From a virus (taxonomy: Duplodnaviria; Caudoviricetes), in IMG/VR virus record IMGVR_UViG_3300032329_000228, positions 1 to 25,311 of that record: a stretch of 25,311 nucleotides of DNA. One strand, written 5' to 3'. The notes beneath the pieces were generated by a model. That model ran no database searches and was not told the origin of the DNA. It saw only the letters and a program-made list of their open reading frames with translations. Made by a program: the position numbers and the translations under genes. Shown here piece after piece: positions 1-8,510 of this stretch; position 1 is the stretch's first letter; each line of letters opens with the position of its first letter.

Positions 1-1
1 A

Positions 2-112
2 GTGCAAGTGTGCGTGCAACCCCCTCCAGGGGTGCACCGCACTCACTCTGTATAGAGTGTGAGTTAAGTGCGGTGCAGATTTTGGGTGCACCGGACTGTC
101 AGGAGAAGTGCA
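2..112. repeat. Cluster of six GTGCA repeats with nested inverted repeats; candidate replication origin
   Basis: GTGCA at 2, 14, 32, 73, 86 and 108; perfect 11-bp inverted repeat TGCACCGCACT (33-43)/AGTGCGGTGCA (67-77) enclosing CACTCT-gtat-AGAGTG (44-59). The repeats are seen directly; the origin function is inference. Confidence 0.55.
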
Positions 113-113
113 A

Positions 114-272
114 ATGACGGACATGGAATTGAGAGCGATCATGGCCGAAAGGGCCAAGCATGAGCTGGCCACAGCGCTGTTCATCTGCGCTACGGTGGCG
201 GGTTACTCGATCGGGGGCTGGGAAGGCTTCCTGGTCTTTTTGTTGTTCGCGGCTGTCGCGTCGAACGCGTGA
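114..272 (+). CDS. Small two-TM membrane protein, 52 aa (not in the ORF track)
   Basis: SD AGGAG at 101-105, ATG at 114, TGA at 270-272; MTDMELRAIMAERAKHELATALFICATVAGYSIGGWEGFLVFLLFAAVASNA has two hydrophobic stretches. Confidence 0.6.
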   Translation: MTDMELRAIMAERAKHELATALFICATVAGYSIGGWEGFLVFLLFAAVASNA

Positions 273-287
273 TGGGAGAATCGCGAC

Positions 288-890
288 ATGATTGAAACCC
301 AACATCAGGACATCGGTCAGCAGCTCCAGGACGCGGTGCTGAGGGCTGCGATGCCCGCTGAGGACGACTCAACGCCTGGCGCGTCAGAAACGCCAGAAAG
401 ACCGGAAAAGCCGTGGAATCCGAGGGACGGCAAGCCGCGCCCGAAGGGGCTCGCGGTGAGCCCGAAAAACGGGCAGCCGGTGCCGGTCGGACCAGGCCGC
501 GCACCAGGCACAAAGAACAAGCTCACCAACCTGCGCGAGGCCGTGCTCGAGGCCTTCGACCAGGTCGGCGGCGCTCAGTACCTGGCCAAGCTGGCTGAGG
601 GAACCTCGAGCGATCGGGCCGCGTTCGTGGGCCTGGTGAGCAAGGTGCTGCCGACACAGATCAACGCGAACGTCGAAGGCGGCGTGCAGGTGCAACTCAG
701 CTGGCTTGGCACGCGTCAGATTGGCACAACCGTGGCACAACCTGCGGACGTGGTCACGCAAGTCATTGATCTAGAACGGAAAACAGACGGCAGCTATCGG
801 ATTATTGATCCGGCGACTGCGCCGGCAGGGGCCGAGGCGCCGGCGGCAGGGGCAGGGCAGGAGCCCGTAGGAGGCGCCGATGCACCGTGA
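288..890 (+). CDS. terS: Terminase small subunit
   Basis: GRAPGTKNKLT..LREAVLEAFDQVGG..YL..LA...AFVGLVSKVLP resembles the GRPKGxxNK-type TerS family; lies upstream of terL; SD GGAG at 275-278. Confidence 0.75.
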   Translation: MIETQHQDIGQQLQDAVLRAAMPAEDDSTPGASETPERPEKPWNPRDGKPRPKGLAVSPKNGQPVPVGPGRAPGTKNKLTNLREAVLEAFDQVGGAQYLAKLAEGTSSDRAAFVGLVSKVLPTQINANVEGGVQVQLSWLGTRQIGTTVAQPADVVTQVIDLERKTDGSYRIIDPATAPAGAEAPAAGAGQEPVGGADAP

Positions 891-1073
891 CGCTACCACC
901 CCATGGCCTGGCTGTCGATCGCTGCTCCTGCGTGGATCTGGCCAGCCCTTGGCCCCGTCCTGGAACTTCCTGACCCCCCACCCCCTGTCGATCGGCAGGG
1001 CGGGGTCGGGCGAAGGCCGGGGCCCCCTCCCCAATTTCTGAAACCAAAAAAAGCACTCTGAGAAAAACGCAAC

Positions 1074-1391
1074 ATGACCACCACGACACCCTTAGGCGCC
1101 TGGCACTGCCCCGACTGCAAAACCCCGCCCGCTGAACCGCACAAGCCTGGTTGCTTCTTAGCGCCGAGCTGGGACAGCGTAAAACCGCATGACCCGGTCA
1201 ATCATCCTAAGCACTACACCGAGCACCCGTCCGGCGTTGAGTGCATCCAGGTGACCGAGCACATGAACTTCTGTCTCGGCAATGCCGTGAAGTACATCTG
1301 GCGAGCGGGCCTGAAGTCCGACAGCCCGATCGAGGACCTGAAGAAGGCGCGCTGGTACTTGGACCGTGAGCTTGAGAGGCTCACCAAGTGA
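1074..1391 (+). CDS. DUF3310 family protein (T7 gp1.7-like nucleotide kinase domain) with an N-terminal CxxC...H...C motif
   Basis: DPVNHPKHYT...GVECIQV..MNFCLGNAVKYIWRAGLK...IEDLKKARWYL is the DUF3310 signature. Confidence 0.85.
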   Translation: MTTTTPLGAWHCPDCKTPPAEPHKPGCFLAPSWDSVKPHDPVNHPKHYTEHPSGVECIQVTEHMNFCLGNAVKYIWRAGLKSDSPIEDLKKARWYLDRELERLTK

Positions 1392-2728
1392 ACCTCGCGG
1401 AATACCAACCCCGCGAGGTCTTCCTACCCCTGCACAACCGCGACAAGCGCTGGACCGTGGTTGTTGCGCACCGGCGAGCGGGCAAAACGGTGGCCATGTG
1501 CGCTGACCTGGTGATCGGCGCGCTCGAGACGGCGCTTCCGAAACCCCAATTTGCGTACCTTGCGCCCCAGCGGGACCAGGCCAAGCGTGTGGCGTGGACC
1601 TACCTCAAGGATTTAAGCCGGCCGTACTGGTCAAAACCGCCCAATGAGTCCGAGCTCAAGATCACCGTCAACAATGGCCACGGTGGCGAGAGCACGATCT
1701 ACGTCGCGGGCGCTGACAACTACGACGCGCTGCGCGGTATGTACTTTGACGGGGTCGTTTTGGACGAGACGGGACAAATTCGGCCCTCTGCCTGGTACAC
1801 GGTGCTGCGTCCGGCGCTGTCCGATCGTCGCGGGTGGGCGATTTTTGCCGGAACACCGGCCGGCAAGAACATGTTTTGGAATTTGCGCGAGGAAGCCCGC
1901 CTAAATCCTAAGACTCACCAGCTTCTCGAGCTGCCGGCGAGCAAAACGGGGATTATTCACCCTGACGAGCTGAGAGACGCGAAGGTCCAGATGACCGAGG
2001 ACGCGTTTGCGGTCGAATATGAGTGCTCGTTTGACGCGGCCGTGCCTGGCGCGTACTTCGCCAAGCTCTTGGGCGACGCGTACAACGAGGGCAGGGTGTC
2101 GAAATTCCCTGTTGACCCCGCATTCCCCGTCAACCTGGTGGCTGACTTGGGTTACACCGACTCATGCAGCTGGTGGGGCTGGCAAGACACCCGCGACGGC
2201 ACGCGAATCGTAGATTTCTACGAGGACGACAACCAGCCGATCCAGCATTACATCGATTGGATCAAGTCGCGGCCGTACATGGTCAACCCCAAGGGCATTT
2301 TCTTGCCCCATGACGCAAAAGCCAAGTCGCTGCAGACCGGCAAGTCGATCATCGAGCAATTCCTGGCCAACGGCATCCGGCCCAACCTAGTGCCCGAGAT
2401 GTCACTCCAGGACGGCATTGAGGCAGCGCGCCTGATCATCCCCCAGTGCTACTTCGATGAAGAAAAGACTTACGAAGGGCTTGAACATCTTCGTGCATAC
2501 ATGCGCGAGTGGGACGAACGCACGCAGACGTACCGCAACAAGCCTAAGCATGATCAACATTCGCACGGTGCTGACTCGTTCAGATATTTGGCTCTTGCTG
2601 CGAAGAGAGTGTCGCGGAATTCTTCCCGTGTTACTACAATCTCATCATTGCCCAGAAGCTCGAACTACGCCTTCGCGTTGAATGACATTTGGGATTGCCG
2701 GCCGAAAGAATCGGGAAGGATCGGATGA
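1388..2728 (+). CDS. terL: Terminase large subunit
   Basis: Walker A AHRRAGKT, Walker B VVLDE, coupling motif GTP, RNase H-like nuclease motifs DLG.TD and HGADSFRY; GTG start overlaps the upstream stop (GTGA). Confidence 0.95.
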   Translation: MNLAEYQPREVFLPLHNRDKRWTVVVAHRRAGKTVAMCADLVIGALETALPKPQFAYLAPQRDQAKRVAWTYLKDLSRPYWSKPPNESELKITVNNGHGGESTIYVAGADNYDALRGMYFDGVVLDETGQIRPSAWYTVLRPALSDRRGWAIFAGTPAGKNMFWNLREEARLNPKTHQLLELPASKTGIIHPDELRDAKVQMTEDAFAVEYECSFDAAVPGAYFAKLLGDAYNEGRVSKFPVDPAFPVNLVADLGYTDSCSWWGWQDTRDGTRIVDFYEDDNQPIQHYIDWIKSRPYMVNPKGIFLPHDAKAKSLQTGKSIIEQFLANGIRPNLVPEMSLQDGIEAARLIIPQCYFDEEKTYEGLEHLRAYMREWDERTQTYRNKPKHDQHSHGADSFRYLALAAKRVSRNSSRVTTISSLPRSSNYAFALNDIWDCRPKESGRIG

Positions 2729-4671
2729 TGGATCAAGCAAAGATCACCAGTGACAGCGACTTCAACAACTCCCCCACGGGATTAGCTGCGCGCTGGCAGA
2801 CAGAAATTGAAGCGGCCGGCAAGGAGCTGGGCAACTTTCACAAGGATGCGAACCGCATCACCCAGCGCTACCTGGACAAGCGCGATGCATACGGCCGCGA
2901 CGAGAGCAAAGTCAATTTGTTCTGGTCCACGATGCAGGTGCTGCTCTCCATGCTGTATGCACGGCCACCAAAGGCCGATGTGAGCCGCAGCTGGCAAGAC
3001 TACGACGACGACGTGGCACGCGTTGCCGGCACGATGCTGCAGCGCATGCTCAACCGCTCGTTTGACGACAACGTCAGCACCTGGGACACCAACGTGCGCC
3101 AGGGCATTGAGGATTGGCTCGTTGTCGGCATGGGCCAGATCTGGCTGCGTTACGAAGTCGAAACCGAAGAGTATGAAGTGCCCCCGGTGTTTGACGAGTA
3201 TGGCCAGGAGCTGAGCCCCGCCGAGATGGCCGAGAAGATCACCAACGAAGAGGCTGCCTGCGATTACATCTACTGGGAAGACTTCTTCTGGTCACCCGCT
3301 CGCACCTGGCATGAGGTGCGTTGGGTTGCCCGCCGCGTGTACATGACCAAGGACCAGCTCGAGGCGCGCTTTGGCCCAGAGATCGCCAACGTCGTCCCGA
3401 TGTCCGGCAACACCAAGCCCAAGGACGTGAATGACCAGACCACCAAGTTTGACCCCTGGAGCAAGGCGGAAGTCTTCGAGATCTGGTGCAAAGAAAAGCG
3501 CAAGGTCTACTGGTATGCCAAGGGCTGTGACGTGATCCTCGACGTGAAGGATGACCCCCTCCAGCTGGACAACTTCTTCCCCTGTCCCAAGCCTGTGGTG
3601 GCCAACGTCACCTCGAGCAATTTCCAGCCCCGCGCTGACTACATCTTTGCTCAGGACCAATTCAACGAGCTCGATGAGATCAATACCCGCATTACCTGGC
3701 TGACCCGTGCAGCCAAGGTGGTGGGCGTGTACGACAAGAGCGCCGAGGGCATTCAGCGCGTGTTCAACCAGGGCACTGAGAACCAGCTGATCCCCGTGGA
3801 CAATTGGGCGATGTTTGCTGAGAAGGGCGGCATCAAGGGCCAGGTTGACTGGATCCCGATCGAGCAAGTGGTCAACGCGATCGATCACTTGCGCCAGTAC
3901 CGCCAAGACAAAGTCATGCAGATCTACGAGGTGCTGGGCATTTCCGACATCATGCGCGGCAGCTCCAAGGCCAGCGAAACCGCTGCAGCCCAGCAGATCA
4001 AGGCGCAGTTTGGCAGCACGCGTATTCAGCTCAAGCAGTTCTACATCGCTGAGTGGATCACCGGCGCGTTGCGCATCAAGGCCGAGATCATCTGCAAGCA
4101 CTTTCAGCCTGAGACGATCCTGCGCCGCTCCAACATCGAGCGCACGCCTGACGCACCGTTGGCCATGCAGGCCATCCAGCTGCTGAAGGATGAAGAGCTC
4201 AGCGAGTACCGCATCAACATCGAGGCTGACTCGATGGCCGCATTGGACTGGGCCGCTGAACGTGACGCGGCCGTGCAGTTCATGCAGGGCCTGGGCGCAT
4301 TCATCTCTCAAGTGGCCCCAATGGCTCAGCAGATCCCTCAGGCCGCGCCTGTGTTGCTGTCTCTGTTGCAGTGGAGCGTGAGCAAGTTCCGCGTCAGCAG
4401 CGAGATCGAGAGCGTGCTCGACCAGGCCATTACCGGCCTGAAGCAACAGGGCATGCCCCAGCCTCAACCCAACCCCCTCCAAGACGCCGAGGTGGCCGAG
4501 AAGCAAGCCGGCGCAGCCGAGCGTATGGCCAAGGCCAAGAACACCAACATGGAAGCCTTGGGCAAAGAGGCTCAGTTGCGTGCGCTGGGCATCATGCAGC
4601 CGCAACCCAACTTGCCCCCCGCGCAGCCACCCATGCCCGCGCCTGGTAACGGCATGCCCCCAATGCAGTGA
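2725..4671 (+). CDS. Portal protein
   Basis: About 648 aa directly after terL; ATGA overlap at 2725 (2728 is an alternative start); helical, with an ETAAAQQIKAQFGS motif and a Q/P-rich C-terminal tail typical of podovirus portals. Confidence 0.85.
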   Translation: MMDQAKITSDSDFNNSPTGLAARWQTEIEAAGKELGNFHKDANRITQRYLDKRDAYGRDESKVNLFWSTMQVLLSMLYARPPKADVSRSWQDYDDDVARVAGTMLQRMLNRSFDDNVSTWDTNVRQGIEDWLVVGMGQIWLRYEVETEEYEVPPVFDEYGQELSPAEMAEKITNEEAACDYIYWEDFFWSPARTWHEVRWVARRVYMTKDQLEARFGPEIANVVPMSGNTKPKDVNDQTTKFDPWSKAEVFEIWCKEKRKVYWYAKGCDVILDVKDDPLQLDNFFPCPKPVVANVTSSNFQPRADYIFAQDQFNELDEINTRITWLTRAAKVVGVYDKSAEGIQRVFNQGTENQLIPVDNWAMFAEKGGIKGQVDWIPIEQVVNAIDHLRQYRQDKVMQIYEVLGISDIMRGSSKASETAAAQQIKAQFGSTRIQLKQFYIAEWITGALRIKAEIICKHFQPETILRRSNIERTPDAPLAMQAIQLLKDEELSEYRINIEADSMAALDWAAERDAAVQFMQGLGAFISQVAPMAQQIPQAAPVLLSLLQWSVSKFRVSSEIESVLDQAITGLKQQGMPQPQPNPLQDAEVAEKQAGAAERMAKAKNTNMEALGKEAQLRALGIMQPQPNLPPAQPPMPAPGNGMPPMQ

Positions 4672-4679
4672 GGTAACCA

Positions 4680-5039
4680 ATGACCAAAGCAGAAGATTTT
4701 GTAAGCAAGGCGCTGTTCGACCGGGACGCCGCGCACATCGCTCACTGGAAGACCAAGAGCTTTGCGGAGCACAAGGCCCTGAACGAGTTTTACGACGAGC
4801 TGCTCGAGCTCATTGATGGCTTTGTGGAGCAGTACCAGGGCTACTACGGCAACCGCATGGAGATCAAGCGCACCGGTGGCGACGTGGACAACATCCGCGA
4901 CGAGCTCGAGATGCGCGCTGAGTGGATCGAGCGCATGCGCTACGAGATCTGCGATCGCGATGAGACACCGCTGCAAAACACGATTGACGAGATCGTTCGC
5001 CTGTACCAGCACACCCAATACATGCTGACTCTGGAGTAA
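4680..5039 (+). CDS. Dps/ferritin-like four-helix protein (DUF5856-like)
   Basis: AHIAHW..KSFAEHKALNEFYDELLELIDGFVE keeps the Dps H-W...H..L.E.Y......D...E pattern; SD GAGG at 4670-4673. Confidence 0.7.
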   Translation: MTKAEDFVSKALFDRDAAHIAHWKTKSFAEHKALNEFYDELLELIDGFVEQYQGYYGNRMEIKRTGGDVDNIRDELEMRAEWIERMRYEICDRDETPLQNTIDEIVRLYQHTQYMLTLE

Positions 5040-5042
5040 GCC

Positions 5043-6860
5043 ATGGAGCAGACCTACATCGAAGAGACACCCGTCAAGCGCCGCTGGGCGGCAGCTCTAG
5101 CCGATGCCCTGCGCACGGCCCGCGACTACGGCAACAAGGTCCAGGTTCCAGAAGGCGCGCCCCTTGTTGGCGGTCTGAAGATGGGCGACATGTTTCTTGG
5201 CCAGGCGCCTGAAGGAGCCGACAGGCTAGCCTATGGTGAACGAATGACATCGGGCCGGGGCCAAACGCTTCAGATTCGACCTGAGACGCTAGACCTGGCC
5301 ATGCTGATGCCGATGCCTGGCGGCACGACATCGAGCATGGCAGCCAAGGCCGGGGCCCTGCGCAAGAACGTCAAGAACATCGATCGCGCTCGCCTGGGAC
5401 AGCTGATCCCTGAAGCTGAGGCAGACATCGCTCGCTCATACAAGGCGGACCCCCGCCTGCGCGGTGATGGCACAGTGCCCCGCGCTGAGGTGGAGACAGC
5501 GCTCGAGAACCGGGCGCGCTACCGCGACGAGCCCCAGACGCTGCCCAAAAAACCCACCGAAATGACTGACCAGGACTGGGCAGCCTTTGGTGCGCAGCAC
5601 GGTGTGGACATGAGCCAGAGCCCCATGCAGTCGCTGGGGATCTCGGACCTGACCACGCGCAAAGAGATCATGGTTCCTGGTGGCCTTGAGGGCAAGTTCA
5701 CGATCCCCGATCTGTTCCGCATCAAGGCCAACAACTTCGATCCCAACGCACTGCCCCAGGAGACGCATAACGCGCTCATGCAGAAGTTCCTGCGCACCTA
5801 TGAGCGCCAGGGCCCGCATGACCCCGTGGACACGTTCAACGACCTCAACTTTGCGTTGATGTCACCCAACGCGCCCCTGACCCCTAACGAGTTCCTGGCA
5901 CAGCGCTTCCGCGTGCGTGACATGGACGAGCTCAAAGCATTGGCCAACCGCGTGGGCGAGCCTGGCTTGGCGGCCACGATGGACGCTGAGGCCGGTGTCG
6001 GTGCAGCTGCTCGAGGTGGCTTAGGCGTCAAGGGCACGGCCAACATCGAGCACCAGGCACGCCTGGCGCAGCTGCTGCGTGACAAGCCTGAGATGTTCCG
6101 GCCACAGGACGGTGAGTCCCTGCGCGAAGTGGGCTGGCGCGTGATGAACCAAGTGCCTGGCCTGTCAGTGAAAACCGCTTCGCTTGGCGTGCCATGGACA
6201 GATCTCGGCAAGGCCAACACCAGCGCGGTGGATCTGCACATGATCCGCAACAACTACCAGCGCCTCATGCAGGAAGACCCTCAGTTCGCTGAGCGCGTGC
6301 AGTCCCTGGTGGCCAGCAATGCTCGCAAAGCGCCCATGAGCGAGGAAGAGGCAGCCATTAGCGTGATCTCTTCACACCCCGAGTGGAAGTACCGCATGAA
6401 GGGTGGGGAGCTCAATCCCAACGTGCCTGCCGAGCTCGCGCCTGAGAAGCTTGCCTATGAGCCCGACAAGTTCACGGTGGCCTCACCGTACTACCGCCGC
6501 ATCATGGACTACGTCGATGAGTCACGGGGCGCGAACCCCTCCATCGAGCTCTTCCCTGAGCAGTGGCGCCTATGGGATCGCTACCGCGGCCGCGTCGAAC
6601 CGCATGAAATGGCGCACCCCGACTGGCGCAAGCTTCCGCGCCAATCGTTCAACGAGCTGCAGGATTCCCTGACTGCACACAAAGAGCTGGGCTACACCGG
6701 CACTGCGCCGATCAAAGACGGTGGCGACTGGCGCCGCCTGTACTACGGCTTCACCGGCAACGAGGCTCCAGACCCCAACAAGGTCGTGATCAACGAAGCA
6801 AAGAAGGCTGCCATCTCCGCATTGCGCAGCAAGTCCAAAAAGGAAGAGGAAGAGAAATGA
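5043..6860 (+). CDS. Large head-module protein with a C-terminal HhH-GPD DNA glycosylase/AP lyase-like domain
   Basis: FALMSPN, HhH motif VPGLSVKTAS (K377), AVDLHMIR (D397) and terminal helix EQWRLWD match the layout of Nth/Ogg-type enzymes; the N-terminal ~250 aa are unrecognised. Confidence 0.6.
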   Translation: MEQTYIEETPVKRRWAAALADALRTARDYGNKVQVPEGAPLVGGLKMGDMFLGQAPEGADRLAYGERMTSGRGQTLQIRPETLDLAMLMPMPGGTTSSMAAKAGALRKNVKNIDRARLGQLIPEAEADIARSYKADPRLRGDGTVPRAEVETALENRARYRDEPQTLPKKPTEMTDQDWAAFGAQHGVDMSQSPMQSLGISDLTTRKEIMVPGGLEGKFTIPDLFRIKANNFDPNALPQETHNALMQKFLRTYERQGPHDPVDTFNDLNFALMSPNAPLTPNEFLAQRFRVRDMDELKALANRVGEPGLAATMDAEAGVGAAARGGLGVKGTANIEHQARLAQLLRDKPEMFRPQDGESLREVGWRVMNQVPGLSVKTASLGVPWTDLGKANTSAVDLHMIRNNYQRLMQEDPQFAERVQSLVASNARKAPMSEEEAAISVISSHPEWKYRMKGGELNPNVPAELAPEKLAYEPDKFTVASPYYRRIMDYVDESRGANPSIELFPEQWRLWDRYRGRVEPHEMAHPDWRKLPRQSFNELQDSLTAHKELGYTGTAPIKDGGDWRRLYYGFTGNEAPDPNKVVINEAKKAAISALRSKSKKEEEEK

Positions 6861-7180
6861 CCAGACGCCGCTGGATTCAGGATCGAAAGACGGGTGAGCT
6901 GATCGAAGTCACTCAAGACTATCAACCCGAGATGCGTACCGACTCCGGTGCGCTGTGGGGTGACCGATCGTATGAAGGTATGCAAGCGCCCGATGGGACC
7001 GATATTTCTTCACGCAGCAAGCATCGCGAGTACATGAAGGCCAAGGGCCTGACCACGATGGACGACTTCAAAGATTCTTGGGCGAAAGCCAAAGAAAGCC
7101 GCGAGCGGTACATGACCGAAGGCGGCTCATTCAAGCGTGCCGACATAGAGCGCGCAATTTACAAACTTCAAAACAGGTGA
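6857..7180 (+). CDS. Conserved phage head-module hypothetical protein
   Basis: APDGTDISSRSKHREYMKAKG resembles the small gene commonly found before the scaffold in such phages; ATGA overlap with the upstream gene. Confidence 0.7.
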   Translation: MTRRRWIQDRKTGELIEVTQDYQPEMRTDSGALWGDRSYEGMQAPDGTDISSRSKHREYMKAKGLTTMDDFKDSWAKAKESRERYMTEGGSFKRADIERAIYKLQNR

Positions 7181-7186
7181 TCACCA

Positions 7187-8323
7187 ATGAGCGAACCCAC
7201 GACGACGATGCGCGATGCCCTTGAGGCCGCGTTCAAGGAGGCCGACGAGCCTTTGCCACAAGACAACTCCGCGCCCGCGGCCGTAGAAACCGACTTGGCT
7301 GTTGCAGCCGAAGCGGTCAATACCACACCAGAGGCTCAGGAGGCGAGCCAGGACCTGAATGACCTTGCGCAAGACAAACCCCTGGACGAGAAGCCTCGCG
7401 ATGAGCAGGGCAAATTCAAGCCCAAGGACGCAACGCAAGAGCCGCTCGATCAAGGTATGCAACCAGGGCCAAAATCTGGGCCCAAGCAGCAGGCCGATCG
7501 AGCTCCGCAAGCCTGGCGTCCCGAGGTGCGCGAGCACTGGGCCCAGTTGCCCGAAACCGTCCGCTCTGAGATCCAGCGCCGCGAAGTTGAACATGCCAGG
7601 TTCATCCAGGAATCGTCAGAGGCGCGTAAGAACTACGACGCCATGCTCAAGACGATCGCCCCCTATGAGGCGTTCATCAAAGCCGAGAACAGCAACCCGA
7701 TCCAGGCGATCGACAACCTGATGAGCACGGCAGCACGCCTGCGCACAGGCACGGCGCCTGAGCTCGCCAACCTGGTGGCCGGCATTGTCAATCAGTACGG
7801 CACGGGCCGCTTTGGCAACCAGTTCATTGAGATGCTGGACAGTGCCCTTGCTGGCCAGGCCCCGCGCCAGGACCCACAGCAAGCAGCCATCGAGCAGGTG
7901 CTGAATCAGCGCCTGGCGCCCATGCAGAACATGCTGACGCAGTTCCAGCAGGCGCAGCTGGTGCAACAGCAACAGGTCGCGCAGGCCGCACAGAGCGAGG
8001 TGCAATCCTTCCTCGACCAGGCAGAGTTTGGCAACGACGTGCGCGAGGACATGGCCGACTTGCTCGAGGCCGCACAGCGCAAAGGGCAAAACCTGTCCCT
8101 GGCCGATGCGTACAAGAAGGCTTGCCTGCTCAACGACAACGTGCGTGCGGTCATCACACAGCGCATGAAAGCGAAGGGCGCGCAGCAAACCACCCAAGCA
8201 GCCCAACGCGCCAGGTCCGCTGCCGTGCAGGTTTCAGGAGCTGCACCGGTCGGCGCCATGCGCCAAGATCCCACCGACGTGCGCTCAGCGATTGAGGCAG
8301 CTATTGTGATGTCGTCAAGGTGA
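7187..8323 (+). CDS. Capsid scaffolding protein
   Basis: Immediately upstream of the capsid gene; acidic disordered N-terminus, RDEQGKF motif, APQAW, coiled coils, C-terminal helix DVRSAIEAA. Confidence 0.75.
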   Translation: MSEPTTTMRDALEAAFKEADEPLPQDNSAPAAVETDLAVAAEAVNTTPEAQEASQDLNDLAQDKPLDEKPRDEQGKFKPKDATQEPLDQGMQPGPKSGPKQQADRAPQAWRPEVREHWAQLPETVRSEIQRREVEHARFIQESSEARKNYDAMLKTIAPYEAFIKAENSNPIQAIDNLMSTAARLRTGTAPELANLVAGIVNQYGTGRFGNQFIEMLDSALAGQAPRQDPQQAAIEQVLNQRLAPMQNMLTQFQQAQLVQQQQVAQAAQSEVQSFLDQAEFGNDVREDMADLLEAAQRKGQNLSLADAYKKACLLNDNVRAVITQRMKAKGAQQTTQAAQRARSAAVQVSGAAPVGAMRQDPTDVRSAIEAAIVMSSR

Positions 8324-8332
8324 TTGCATAAT
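8304..8332 (+). promoter_or_regulatory. Sigma70-like promoter for the capsid gene
   Basis: TTGTGA (8304-8309), 17-bp spacer, CATAAT (8327-8332); overlaps the palindrome GTGATT-gcat-AATCAC (8320-8335). Confidence 0.45.
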
Positions 8333-8510
8333 CACACCATGAGGACGGGAAACTGTCCTCTGGTGTGCCCAAGCACCCCAGCCACCGCATGACTCGTTAG
8401 GAGACGCATCGGCGTCCCACCTACGGCAAAGACGGACTGAGATCGGTTCGCGTAGGCGCATCTGAAAAAGGTGAGCGAAAGCTCGTTTTAACTCAGATGA
8501 AGGAGTCATC
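8333..8510 (+). ncRNA. Structured RNA leader of the major capsid gene (candidate cis-regulator)
   Basis: Five predicted helices and two GAAA tetraloops; the closing stem ATGACTC (8389-8395)/GAGTCAT (8503-8509) overlaps the SD AAGGAG. Folded by eye. Confidence 0.6.

Noticed and set aside
2728-3240. Intron, intein or homing endonuclease in the packaging/head genes
   Set aside because: terL, portal and capsid are of ordinary length and uninterrupted, with no splicing or endonuclease motifs seen.
3292-4680. 462-aa minus-strand ORF opposite the portal
   Set aside because: Antisense shadow of a codon-biased high-GC gene; no recognisable motif.
8341-8460. c-di-GMP-I riboswitch in the capsid leader
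   Set aside because: GAAA, GACGC and GCAAA words are present, but not in the order or pairing of that aptamer.
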